From the NCBI GenBank assembly GCA_020726185.1, contig DYTB01000005.1, positions 1 to 63,737 of the forward strand: a DNA stretch of 63,737 nucleotides, given 5' to 3'. The notes beneath the pieces are model-generated. The model did no database searches. It saw nothing but the letters and a program-made list of their open reading frames with translations, and was not told where the DNA came from. This document shows positions 40,887 through 50,609 of this stretch, piece by piece; positions within the stretch are counted from its first letter, which is position 1, and every line of letters begins with the position of its first letter. The translations under genes and the position numbers were made by a program. This DNA is from Candidatus Odyssella sp. (GTDB lineage: Bacteria; Pseudomonadota; Alphaproteobacteria; Paracaedibacterales; CAITNM01).

Positions 40887-42542
40887 TTAACTCACTATAA
40901 CTTCTGCATGAAGAGCACCAGCTGCTTTTATACTTTGCAAAATTTGTGCCATTTCTCGTGGTGAGGTTCCCAAGATATTTAAAGCATTTACTAATTCTTC
41001 AAGGTCTGCGCCCGCATCTAAAATGGCAAATTTACCTTTTTGTTCTTCAATTTTAAGCTTTGTTTCATTAACAACAGTTGCTTGCTGCAAAGGGGTATTC
41101 GTATTAAGCGCAGCATTCATCATTGATGGTGGCTGAGCAGTAGTTGGTGTTTGTGTTGTTGTATTATTAACTGCGGGAGCAGGGATAATTCCACCAATTG
41201 CAGATGCTATTTGAACTGGTGTGGCGACTACGGGAAGAGTAGCTATTGCTGCAACTATTTGAGCAACTGTAGTGCCTGCTGGAATAGCAACAGGAGCTTC
41301 TGCAGCATTAGGTGCGCCAACGGTTCCTATCGCTGCGGCTATTGCAGTAAGTGATGCCTTTGCAGGAAGAGCAGCTAACGCAGTGCCTATTTGTCCTATA
41401 TTAACTCCATTACGGATAACTGTAGGTATTGTGGTGCCTAAAACTTGTCCACTCGTTTGCACAACAGTTGCAGGAGCAGCTGTGCTTGTTGTCTGCCCGT
41501 TCAATGCCATTCCAAGTCCAATAGAGGCTCCTGGATTATTTGCTAATGGATTAACCACCTGAGTAAACGGGTTTGGTTGCGAAACAGAAGCAGATTCTGC
41601 AATACGAACCGTGACAGAGCCGTGCGTTAAAGCAACTGCACTAATGCGCACTTTATTTCCAAGAACAATCACCCCAGAAGGATCAATAATAACTTTTGCA
41701 ATCTGATCTGGCTCAATTTCCAGCTGTTCAATTTGAGTCATTGCTTCAATGATTTTTTCAGATGATCCTCTTGGCATTTCAATGTTAATGCTTGCTGAAT
41801 CTTGAGTTGTTGCAACGGTGCGATGAAAATGCCCATTGACTGCTTCTGCCATGCGCTTTGCAGTTGTTAAGTCAGGGCTTCTAAGGCTTAAGGTTTGACT
41901 TTTTAAATCTGTTAATTGGAAAGCTATTTCTTTTTCAACAATAGCACCGTTTGGAATTTTTGCAGTTGTTGGGATGCCTGTTACTTGAGATGTGGCAACG
42001 CCTTGAGCAGATGTTCCCGATACAATAACTTCTCCTTGCCCAACAGCATAGACTTCGCCATCAGCTGCCATTAATGGTGTTACTAATAATGTGCCGCCAT
42101 TTAAATCTTTCGCATCACCAAGTGCAGATACAACTATATCAATAGTTGTGCCTGCATGCGCAAACGGGGGTAATTTAGCAGTAACCATGACAGCTGCCAC
42201 ATTTTTACCTGATGGCAGGGTATTATCACGAATGTTGACGCCTAAACGTTCAAGCATCCCTATTAGGCTTTCTTTTGTGTAGGGAGAGCTTGAAAGTGTA
42301 TCGCCGGTTCCATTTAAACCAACAACCAAGCCATATCCAACTAATTGGTTGTCGCGAATGCCAGCGAAACGAGCAATGTCCTTAATTCGAACTTTAAGAT
42401 TTTTATTGGACGCTGCAGAAGAACGTATTATTTTTCTTTCAGTTATGGGCTGTGGATCTTTAGGTTTTCCTGAATCTTCATCAGCATCTGCATGAACGCT
42501 AAGGCTGAACCCCATACACAAAATAATATAAACAAAAACCAT
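40887..42542 (-). CDS. flgI: Flagellar P-ring protein with a large internal insertion
   Basis: RIKDIA...RDNQLVGYGLVVGLNGTGD, KNVAAVMVTAKLPP, GGTLLVTPL, LQSIKAAGALHAE; 551 aa. Confidence 0.92.
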   Translation of the reverse strand: MVFVYIILCMGFSLSVHADADEDSGKPKDPQPITERKIIRSSAASNKNLKVRIKDIARFAGIRDNQLVGYGLVVGLNGTGDTLSSSPYTKESLIGMLERLGVNIRDNTLPSGKNVAAVMVTAKLPPFAHAGTTIDIVVSALGDAKDLNGGTLLVTPLMAADGEVYAVGQGEVIVSGTSAQGVATSQVTGIPTTAKIPNGAIVEKEIAFQLTDLKSQTLSLRSPDLTTAKRMAEAVNGHFHRTVATTQDSASINIEMPRGSSEKIIEAMTQIEQLEIEPDQIAKVIIDPSGVIVLGNKVRISAVALTHGSVTVRIAESASVSQPNPFTQVVNPLANNPGASIGLGMALNGQTTSTAAPATVVQTSGQVLGTTIPTVIRNGVNIGQIGTALAALPAKASLTAIAAAIGTVGAPNAAEAPVAIPAGTTVAQIVAAIATLPVVATPVQIASAIGGIIPAPAVNNTTTQTPTTAQPPSMMNAALNTNTPLQQATVVNETKLKIEEQKGKFAILDAGADLEELVNALNILGTSPREMAQILQSIKAAGALHAEVIVS

Positions 42543-42614
42543 GACAACCCTTTCAGTTGTAATGATTTATGCAATTAGTGTGCCATTCTGTTTTTGTTAG
42601 TGCGCGCTCTTGAA

Positions 42615-43985
42615 TTAGATATGATTTTTTATATTTTCATAATTTTGCTCAATGCGGAAAATTTCAACTGGAAGGCTTAGCCCTTCTGCCGTTAGTTTTC
42701 CTTGCAGAGAAAGCATTTGATATAGATTTTCATAGTACTTTTGTATGGTGCTAATTTGTCCAAGTTTTGCTTCCAAAAGCTTTGCTTGGGCTTGCAAGAC
42801 ATCAAATAAAATTCTTGTGCCAACTTCCATTTCTTGCGTATTTCCATCAACAGCCACTTGCTGTGCTTTTACTTGTTTTACAGAATTATCCATATTTATT
42901 TTTGCAGCAAGATAAGCTTTGTATACTTGTTTACAAGCTTGAGTAGTTTCTTGACGCACTCTTTCAAAATGGATACGAGTCGCTACTACAGTTTCTGAAG
43001 CTTGACGTCGTTGAGAGCGAGTCGCACCCTGGTCATACAAGGGAACAGAAAGCGTTAATCCAATACTTTTATTTAAACTTGTTGTTCTGGAAGTGCCTGT
43101 ATTGTAATCCAAGCTATTAATAAAATTCTTCTGATCACCAATGCTGCGCTGGCCGCTTGCTTCCAAATCAACAGACGGTAACAGCTGTCCAGTGTATACC
43201 TTTTTGCCTTGCTTTGCGCTTTCTATGTCTTCAATAGCTTGAGTAATTCTTGGATTTTCTTTTAAAGCAACTTCTTGTAATAATTCCATTGATTCTGGAA
43301 TCTCTACCAATTCTTTCGGGTGATCAACATATTCAGGCGCAACAGTCCCTGTTAGTTGTTCAAAAGTAGCTTTTGCCGCTTCTAAGTCAGCTGATGCATT
43401 TTCAAGTTTTGATTGTGCGTCTGCATATTGGGCTTCTGCCGCTGATTCTTGCGTTAATGTTTCTTCACCAATGTTGCGTTTAGTGCTAGCTGTCTCATAA
43501 TTTTTTTTCATAGAAACAACGTTTGCCTTGTGAGCTTCAACGGTTGCATATTTCGCATATAGGTCTAAATAAGCTTTTATGACTTTTAGAAAAACTTCTT
43601 GTTCTTGTGTCTTCAGCTGTGCCCAAGCACTAAAAATGTCATGCTCAGCTTTAGAAACTTTTGCTATATCAGAAAATCCACTGAAAATATTTTGGGTTAC
43701 AGTAACACTGCCACTTTGATTTTTTGATAAGCTTCCTCTATGCAAGCTATCCGAATCATATTTCGTTCTTCCTTTTGTAAGTCCGCTTTTAGCTTGCGCC
43801 ACAACTTTTGGTCGAAAACCACTTTTTGCCTGAACAATTTGTTCATGAGACGCAATGACTTTTTGTCGGATTTCCAAAAGTTCTTGATTGTTTTGATAGG
43901 CTGACGTTAGCGCATCTCTTACATTAATTGCAGATGCGGACCCACAAACTAGTGAAGCGCTTAAAAATATAATACGAAATTTCAT
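42615..43985 (-). CDS. tolC: TolC-family outer-membrane efflux channel
   Basis: Signal peptide MKFRII; ALTSAYQNN; two TolC-like repeats; GTRILFDVLQAQ. Confidence 0.85.
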   Translation of the reverse strand: MKFRIIFLSASLVCGSASAINVRDALTSAYQNNQELLEIRQKVIASHEQIVQAKSGFRPKVVAQAKSGLTKGRTKYDSDSLHRGSLSKNQSGSVTVTQNIFSGFSDIAKVSKAEHDIFSAWAQLKTQEQEVFLKVIKAYLDLYAKYATVEAHKANVVSMKKNYETASTKRNIGEETLTQESAAEAQYADAQSKLENASADLEAAKATFEQLTGTVAPEYVDHPKELVEIPESMELLQEVALKENPRITQAIEDIESAKQGKKVYTGQLLPSVDLEASGQRSIGDQKNFINSLDYNTGTSRTTSLNKSIGLTLSVPLYDQGATRSQRRQASETVVATRIHFERVRQETTQACKQVYKAYLAAKINMDNSVKQVKAQQVAVDGNTQEMEVGTRILFDVLQAQAKLLEAKLGQISTIQKYYENLYQMLSLQGKLTAEGLSLPVEIFRIEQNYENIKNHI

Positions 43986-43998
43986 GATTACCTTAAGT

Positions 43999-44307
43999 TT
44001 AACAAAGAGACACAGAAGGGTCAATTTCCCTTGCCCATGCATCTATTCCACCAACCACATTGTAGACAGTGGTGAACCCATGTTGCAAGAGGAAAGCCGC
44101 AGCCCTGGCACTTCTTGAGCCATGGTGGCAGATTACTGCAATTGTGCGATTTTGATCAAGTTCACTAATTTTGGCAGGGAGATCCTTTAATGGCATGTGT
44201 ACAGATCCTGAGATGCAGGCAATATCCCATTCCCATTTTTCACGGACATCTATAACCATAAAGTGCTCAAATTGCTCATATAATTTTTTCACTGAAATTG
44301 ATTGCAT
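43999..44307 (-). CDS. Single-domain rhodanese
   Basis: IDVREKWE, ICHHGSRS, NVVGGIDAW. Confidence 0.9.
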   Translation of the reverse strand: MQSISVKKLYEQFEHFMVIDVREKWEWDIACISGSVHMPLKDLPAKISELDQNRTIAVICHHGSRSARAAAFLLQHGFTTVYNVVGGIDAWAREIDPSVSLC

Positions 44308-44309
44308 GG

Positions 44310-44540
44310 TTAGAATGTAAAATTCTCTGGTTCAATAAACTCAGTGCATGGTGGCATATTTGCTTCAATTGTAAAGACTTCATGCAGTGTATTTGCTTTT
44401 TTTTCAAAAACACAGGCTTTTGCTGAATCTAATTCGCCCATAGTAAGGCATATGGCTACCCTACCTTTTTCTTCTAACTGTTTAATAACTGATTCAGGCA
44501 CTGTGTTAAGCCCAATTTCAACAATTATTGCCTTAGAAGG
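44310..44540 (-). pseudogene. pcm: 3' remnant of protein-L-isoaspartate O-methyltransferase
   Basis: In-frame KAIIVEIGLNTVPESVIKQLEEKGRV...EANMPPCTEF..PENFTF matches the alphaproteobacterial Pcm C-terminus; similarity stops near 44540; pcm-rhodanese-tolC order. Confidence 0.7.
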
Positions 44541-44670
44541 CCAACATATTATAGTTTTTGCTATTCAAGCTTAGAAACGCTTTCAGCTTGAACCCCTTGC
44601 TTTTTAAAGGGTTTTATAATTTTAAGTTTGTTTCTACGAGTGATTAAGATTGACTAAAACATCCATTTCG

Positions 44671-44691
44671 CTCTAACATTACTCTAACATT
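44671..44691. repeat. Direct repeat CTCTAACATT x2, likely integrase arm-type sites
   Basis: Copies at 44671-44680 and 44682-44691, between the pcm breakpoint and int. Confidence 0.55.
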
Positions 44692-44710
44692 TTTGAATGG
44701 AGACACACCA

Positions 44711-45880
44711 ATGCCAAAACTCACCAAAAAACTTGTAGAAAGCAGCTTACCCCGAGAAAAAGACTATGTGATCTGGGATGATGAAATAAAGGGCTTTGGC
44801 TGCCGCATTTTGCCATCAGGCCATAAAACTTATGTTTTCCATTACACATCTCCCACAACAAGAAAATACTCATACCTTAAAATAGGTGTTCATGGTAGTT
44901 ATACGGTTGATCTTGCGAGAGATAAAGCAAAAAAATGGTGTGCTGATATTGCGCAAGATATTGACCCAAAAGACATGAAAAAGGCAAAACAAGTTGAAGT
45001 ACAGCAGTCTATGCTTTTTGAGGATTTTTGGAAGGTGTTTACAGAAAAATATATCAAAGAACACCACAAACTTTCTACAATTAAGCGAGACTCTTCAAGA
45101 ATTCACACTTATATCATTCCTTTCTTTGGCAATAAAAAAATATCAGATATTAGCCAAAAAGATGTACTAGGTTTCAAAGATTCTATGTCTCACATTAGAG
45201 GAAATTGCACAAAGTGCCTTAGATTATTAAATGTTGCCTTTAACCAGGCGGAACTTTGGGAATGCATTCCCAGAAATAGCAACCCTTGTAAGGGGGTATC
45301 TAAGCATCCAGATCGCAGGATGAATCGTTTTCTAAGTGATGCAGAATTAGAGCGACTCAATCAGGTTCTAGCTGAAAGAACTGAAGCTGATGCTGCATCT
45401 AAGTATACTATTGCGGCCTTTCGTCTTCTTATTTATACAGGATGCCGTTTAGGTGAGGTTTTGAGTCTAAGGTGGGAAGATGTTAACCTTAAAGAGAATT
45501 TCATACATCTAAAAGATAGCAAAGTAGGAGAACGAGGTATCCCCTTAAATGAGAGTGCTAAAAACGTAATCTTAGGTCTTAAAAAACAAGCCGATAACCC
45601 TTACGTGTTTTGTGGAGATAAACCAGGGACTCATTTAGTTACCTTACAGAAGACCTGGGAAAGAATCCGTCAAAAAGCTGGCATTCCAGATGTGCGGATT
45701 CATGATCTTAGACATAGTTTTGCTAGCTTTGCTTTAAAGAAAGGAGTGAGCCTTTATGGAGTATCTAAACTTTTAGGACACAAAAATATTGCAACAACCA
45801 CACGTTATGCGCATTTAGAACTAGAAGAATTAAAGAAATTAACCAACATTGTAGATCAAGCCTTTAGCAAGTGTGGCTAG
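44711..45880 (+). CDS. int: Tyrosine integrase with N-terminal arm-binding domain
   Basis: IWDDEIKGFG; catalytic TGCRLGE, HDLRH, LLGH, TTRY; ATG 44711 after GGAGA. Confidence 0.93.
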   Translation: MPKLTKKLVESSLPREKDYVIWDDEIKGFGCRILPSGHKTYVFHYTSPTTRKYSYLKIGVHGSYTVDLARDKAKKWCADIAQDIDPKDMKKAKQVEVQQSMLFEDFWKVFTEKYIKEHHKLSTIKRDSSRIHTYIIPFFGNKKISDISQKDVLGFKDSMSHIRGNCTKCLRLLNVAFNQAELWECIPRNSNPCKGVSKHPDRRMNRFLSDAELERLNQVLAERTEADAASKYTIAAFRLLIYTGCRLGEVLSLRWEDVNLKENFIHLKDSKVGERGIPLNESAKNVILGLKKQADNPYVFCGDKPGTHLVTLQKTWERIRQKAGIPDVRIHDLRHSFASFALKKGVSLYGVSKLLGHKNIATTTRYAHLELEELKKLTNIVDQAFSKCG

Positions 45881-47760
45881 TCTGATGTTTGTGATTTTTC
45901 TTTCAGTCCCGTCATCAGTACCTGGGAGGTCATACCGGTATTTTCCTTGATCAAGTTATTGAGCTTTTGGGCAAGTGGTTCAGTGGGCTGTTTAGCAAAC
46001 TCAGTGGCGAGGTTTAAAAACCTTTTGTTGGTAAGCAACTGAGTGAGCACAGCTCCACCACCAATCACCTTAAGCGGGGCGGTAAAATCTCCGACAACGA
46101 TTGAGGTAACCAGGGCTGCCACCGAACCAACGATGGCCGAACCAGAAGGGTTGGGGGTGTTTTTATTGGCAACTGCCATACTTTCTGCAACTTTAGTAAA
46201 ATCTTTGAGTTTTTTGAAGTTTTGCTCACCTAAGGTAGTTTCGAGTTGCTTGGCATATTTTTTGTCGTTTAAAAGCTTAGCGAGAGGAAGATAGGCAACC
46301 TCTTTGGTAATCGGATCTTCAATCTTGCCGGCTAGAAGATTATCAAGTTTTTCACGTTTGGCAACCTTTTCAAACTGGCGTTCTGCTTGATCAAAGCTCT
46401 TTTTCCATTGTGGGTTAGTCTTGCCATAGGCTTCAATGTCTTTCAGGGTGGCCTGTTGTACGGTTCTTAGCAGGTTTTTCGTACCTTCGTCCTTATCCCA
46501 TTTTATAATACTGTTGAGACTGCGTTTGGTACCCACTAACATTTCTACTGGCATCGATACGGCAAGGCTATTATTAAACATTAGGTTGTTACCAAGCGTA
46601 TCAAGGGTTGCAAGTAATTCTTTCTCTGATGGAGATAAGATGGCGGTCTTGACCTTGGCCTTAACAGCATTGATCGCATCAACCGTGTGAGTAGGGATTA
46701 TTTGAGCGTCTTTAGGAAGAGTATCTCTAACTTTTCCATAAAGACGATTGATCTCTTTTTCTGTGGCCTCATTCTTGATGGGTCCAACTGAATCAGCGAG
46801 CTCTTTAAACGCGGTTTGAAACTGTTTCGATGCGGTTTTAACCTTGTCCCTCACCACATCTCCCATCACAGGCGTGGCTGCTACCATTTGATTGGCTAAG
46901 CCCATCAGCTTGGCATCAGTAGCACCTGAAGCGGGTAAATCAACACCAATGCGTTTAGCTGCTTCAAGTGTATCGGTTTTAAGGTTTTTAGGATCTAAGC
47001 CTAAGGTTTTCATGGCGGCTTTGGCAGGTAAATTTAAAGTTTTCTTATTGAGTAGCATTGATGTTAAAGCCCCAGCACCAATGCCTTCACCAAAAGCTAC
47101 TGGCAATCCTTGACCTTCTTCTATGGCTTTGCTGGTAATTCCACTGGCAACCCCACCTGCGGCTAGATCATGGGCTTTGGTGCTGCCAAGGTGTTTTAGC
47201 GTATTGCCAATCTTGTTTACCCCAAACTTTAGCGCACCCTTAGCAGCTCCACCTGCACTGGCTAAAGATCCAACCGCCTTAAGGCCTTCATGGATAGATT
47301 TCTCATTTTCAGGAGTTTTGGTGTAATCATCGGTTAATTGGTCAACTCCCTTATCAACTGCATCCACTACGGATGGAATCATTGGAATATCAGCACCTTG
47401 CGGGCTTGGTATATGATATTCACCGTTGCTAAACCCTTCTAGAGCCGCCATCAGTTTAGGGTCCATGCCTTTAAAAGCTTCCTTGTTGGTATTAATTGCA
47501 CTACTGAGGAGGTTGATGATGCCGGTGACTGTATCGGCCAAGTCACCAACAACACCGGAGCCAAGGGATTTGGCGGTACGGGCAACACCCTTACCACCAC
47601 GCGTAGCTAGTGACTCTTGATTTTTAGCCTGTCCAACTTGACTCCCATCAACAACCCCTCCCAGGGCTTCGAGATTAAAACTCTGTGGTTGTGATGGTTG
47701 ATCAACCACACCACCTAGGGCTGCTAGGTCAAACTTTTGCGATGCTTGGTTATTCAACAA
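45877..47760 (-). CDS. Phage internal virion/ejection protein (gp16-like by position)
   Basis: 627 aa, Ala/Gly/Lys-rich helical; last gene of the structural operon. Confidence 0.55.
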   Translation of the reverse strand: MLNNQASQKFDLAALGGVVDQPSQPQSFNLEALGGVVDGSQVGQAKNQESLATRGGKGVARTAKSLGSGVVGDLADTVTGIINLLSSAINTNKEAFKGMDPKLMAALEGFSNGEYHIPSPQGADIPMIPSVVDAVDKGVDQLTDDYTKTPENEKSIHEGLKAVGSLASAGGAAKGALKFGVNKIGNTLKHLGSTKAHDLAAGGVASGITSKAIEEGQGLPVAFGEGIGAGALTSMLLNKKTLNLPAKAAMKTLGLDPKNLKTDTLEAAKRIGVDLPASGATDAKLMGLANQMVAATPVMGDVVRDKVKTASKQFQTAFKELADSVGPIKNEATEKEINRLYGKVRDTLPKDAQIIPTHTVDAINAVKAKVKTAILSPSEKELLATLDTLGNNLMFNNSLAVSMPVEMLVGTKRSLNSIIKWDKDEGTKNLLRTVQQATLKDIEAYGKTNPQWKKSFDQAERQFEKVAKREKLDNLLAGKIEDPITKEVAYLPLAKLLNDKKYAKQLETTLGEQNFKKLKDFTKVAESMAVANKNTPNPSGSAIVGSVAALVTSIVVGDFTAPLKVIGGGAVLTQLLTNKRFLNLATEFAKQPTEPLAQKLNNLIKENTGMTSQVLMTGLKEKSQTSD

Positions 47761-49156
47761 GTCGTGCTCCCTGACTAATCGCTAAATCAACATTGGCGGC
47801 GGGAATTAAAACTGCTGTGCCATCGGGTGCCGTCATGCGTACCATTTCAGCTTGGGATTGTGGTGATGATGGTTGAGGTGCTTGAATTTGTTCTGGTGGT
47901 AACTGCTGCGGCTGTACCGGCATCTGCTCTTGCTGTTCTTCATTTGCAATCTGATTCCTTGTCCCATAACTTGGTATTTTATGAATTTCCCGTTCATTAC
48001 GCTTGATTTGTCGATCAAGCGTTGTCTCAAAACGATTGAGCATGCGTTCTAGTGCTGCTTTAGTTTTATGACTGTTGGGGGTTTGTGCGGTTAAAAACTC
48101 AAACTCCTTTTGGTTCATATTACCAAACGCTAAGTTGCCCTTCACAAACGACAATAATCCTTTGCTGATCGCATCATACAGCTCAGTGTCTGCATAAGCC
48201 TTTGTCCCTAATTGTTTACCAATCAAGCGCTCAAACCCTGCTTCTAAGGTACTGCCGGTAATTACCTCACTGACCTTCAGCAGCTCCTTTAAATCCTGGA
48301 TCTTGTAGGTCACATCTTCTAAGGATAAATTCTGTTCTGACAGTTTGGCTTGGCTCTTAGCTAAGGCTTTGGCTTGTTCTTTTCCCAGCATCACCTCATG
48401 CTGTTTATCAGGATCTTGACTAAAGGCATTGCGATTTTGAATGGCATCGGCATTTTGCTGGTTAATACCGAGCTGTTGTTCAGCTCGGCGTTCCTGAGCT
48501 TCTTGCATTTCTAAAGCTTTTTTGGTGAGGTATTCCACATTTTGTTCTTCCCTGATTTTTGGAAACATCGCAAACAAATCATATTTTTGGTCAGGCTTTC
48601 CGGCTTCAGTTAAGAGCACCTTACCATTTTGTTTATCAATCATACTGATCTTGTAATTGGTGCCACTGGATTGGTTAATTCTATCCACAATATTTGATCC
48701 AACCTTAACAACGTCATCATAAGGTAAGTTATGGATATTTTTAGTTAGGGCTTCTAATTCTGGAGTAATCTGTGCTTGTAACTCAGCTTGTTTTGCATAG
48801 ATTTGATTACGCTTACTGGCCTCGTTAGCAATGCCTTCAAGACTCGAGAAGGTGTCCATCATTTTGGCTGCCATGTCACGACGTTTTTCATTGCCTTTGG
48901 ATTTACTTCCCAAAGCTAGCCCTTCCATCAGTCCAGCAAGAGCTGCACGCCAACCCCTTTGAGGACCACTCCCTAATTGACCTCGCATTGCGCTAAATAC
49001 ATTTGCGGCATCATCTTCTTGGGTAGGCACACCAGCACCAATCTCATAACGCATCTTCGCCAGCGATCCTTGAGTTTGTAAGTTTGCATTAAGATCACCG
49101 GGTTTGGGATATTTTTTGGCATGAAGTTTTAAAAGATCCAGTGGTACATTGGTCAT
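47750..49156 (-). CDS. Phage ejection protein (gp20-like by position)
   Basis: 468 aa, Gln/Glu-rich coiled coil. Confidence 0.5.
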   Translation of the reverse strand: MTNVPLDLLKLHAKKYPKPGDLNANLQTQGSLAKMRYEIGAGVPTQEDDAANVFSAMRGQLGSGPQRGWRAALAGLMEGLALGSKSKGNEKRRDMAAKMMDTFSSLEGIANEASKRNQIYAKQAELQAQITPELEALTKNIHNLPYDDVVKVGSNIVDRINQSSGTNYKISMIDKQNGKVLLTEAGKPDQKYDLFAMFPKIREEQNVEYLTKKALEMQEAQERRAEQQLGINQQNADAIQNRNAFSQDPDKQHEVMLGKEQAKALAKSQAKLSEQNLSLEDVTYKIQDLKELLKVSEVITGSTLEAGFERLIGKQLGTKAYADTELYDAISKGLLSFVKGNLAFGNMNQKEFEFLTAQTPNSHKTKAALERMLNRFETTLDRQIKRNEREIHKIPSYGTRNQIANEEQQEQMPVQPQQLPPEQIQAPQPSSPQSQAEMVRMTAPDGTAVLIPAANVDLAISQGARLVE

Positions 49157-49164
49157 AATTTTAC

Positions 49165-50199
49165 CTACCTCATTAATTGTCCACCAAGTTTACCCGCTTG
49201 ACCACCCATCATTGCCCCCATTGGTCCACCAAAATAAGCGCCCACTCCCATACCACCGAGTTGTAGCATCGTATCCCCAAAGGAAGGTCGCTGACTGTTA
49301 TAGCTTGCGAGTTGGTTTTGATATTGGCTATTAATCTGGGCAACTTGAGCATTATGGCGGTTAAGACTATCCATATTGCTTTGCGCAAAGATTGTATTCG
49401 CCAGTTCTGGAGCCCGAGTGGCCATGGCTTTACTTGTGTCTTCTCCACGAATGCTTGCGCCCATATTGAATAAACCACTTTGATTTTGTAAGGCCTGCTG
49501 GTGCATGGTATTGCTTTGATTGTACTGATCGAGTTTGAGTTGATGTTCCATTTGTGCCCGTTGTAATTGTCCGATTCGGCCTTGCTCCCTAAAACCAAAC
49601 TCGTTGCGGCGATTGGCTTGGTCAGCGGCTTTGAGCTGCTCACCATACATCGTTGCATTAACATTGTGTTCTTCCAGTGCTTTAGCCTTGTTATAGCCAA
49701 GCGCATTGCGCATTTCAATTGCTGCGGTACTATCTCCATAGCCTCTGCGACTGAGATACTCACGATTCTCATTTTCCTGTTTTTTAAATTCCTCTTGCAA
49801 AATCGTGTTACCCATCGCTTTAAAGTCGGTTACGTATTGGTTAAAGTCCGGGAGCTTAGATAATTCAGCAATATCGGCTTGCCGTTCCGTATTAAGACTA
49901 TTCATGACATCAACAAACGGCGCAAAATCAACGACCGCTGCAGGATCATAATCACTGAGTTTTTTAATTTCCACAATCGCTTTGTTCATTAAATTCCCAG
50001 CTTCATCATAAAGCTTTTGTTCTTCTTGGGTTCTGGGTAAGCGTTCGACCACGCGTTTTTTCTTGCCATCAGCGCCAATCACGGTAATTGCTTGGGTGCC
50101 CGTGACATGATCAATCACATCGAGTAGCTCTTCCTTAGGAGGTACTGGAGGATAATACGGGGCTGGAGGGGGAGAAGAATCACCACCACCAAAACTCAT
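49165..50199 (-). CDS. Phage DNA-transfer/pilot protein (gp7-like by position)
   Basis: MSFGGGDSSPPPAP start; C-terminal LGGMGVGAYFGGPMGAMMGG. Confidence 0.55.
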   Translation of the reverse strand: MSFGGGDSSPPPAPYYPPVPPKEELLDVIDHVTGTQAITVIGADGKKKRVVERLPRTQEEQKLYDEAGNLMNKAIVEIKKLSDYDPAAVVDFAPFVDVMNSLNTERQADIAELSKLPDFNQYVTDFKAMGNTILQEEFKKQENENREYLSRRGYGDSTAAIEMRNALGYNKAKALEEHNVNATMYGEQLKAADQANRRNEFGFREQGRIGQLQRAQMEHQLKLDQYNQSNTMHQQALQNQSGLFNMGASIRGEDTSKAMATRAPELANTIFAQSNMDSLNRHNAQVAQINSQYQNQLASYNSQRPSFGDTMLQLGGMGVGAYFGGPMGAMMGGQAGKLGGQLMR

Positions 50200-50215
50200 A
50201 ACTCTTTACCCATCT

Positions 50216-50596
50216 TCACGGCCTTTCTACTTTAAACCAAACTTTTTTAGGGTTGTCCTTATCATAGCCGACAAATTCTACTCCCAGCGATTGACATTGA
50301 CGTAACAAAGTAATTATTGATTTTTCTACTGTCGATATCATTATTCTAACAAAATTTAAAGTAAATGGAAAGTTTAACAAGAGTTTTAATCCCGTTTTAT
50401 ACGGGAGTTTATAGCGATACTCTTCAAAAATACACAAAGAAAGTTCACAAACGGCCCTTTCTTTATCAAGGGTTTTGATTCCATAAATCCCGACTTCCTG
50501 ATCTTGATGGGTGATCATAAAGAATTGGGAATGAGGATGATAGAAGCTTGGAAATACTCTTTGCACATCCAGCGGATTGATTTCAACAAGCTGCAT
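50216..50596 (-). CDS. Small GNAT-like phage protein (gp14 position)
   Basis: 126 aa; EVGIYG...CELSLCI; sits just before the ejection genes. Confidence 0.4.
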   Translation of the reverse strand: MQLVEINPLDVQRVFPSFYHPHSQFFMITHQDQEVGIYGIKTLDKERAVCELSLCIFEEYRYKLPYKTGLKLLLNFPFTLNFVRIMISTVEKSIITLLRQCQSLGVEFVGYDKDNPKKVWFKVERP

Positions 50597-50609
50597 AGTT
50601 TATCTCCCA

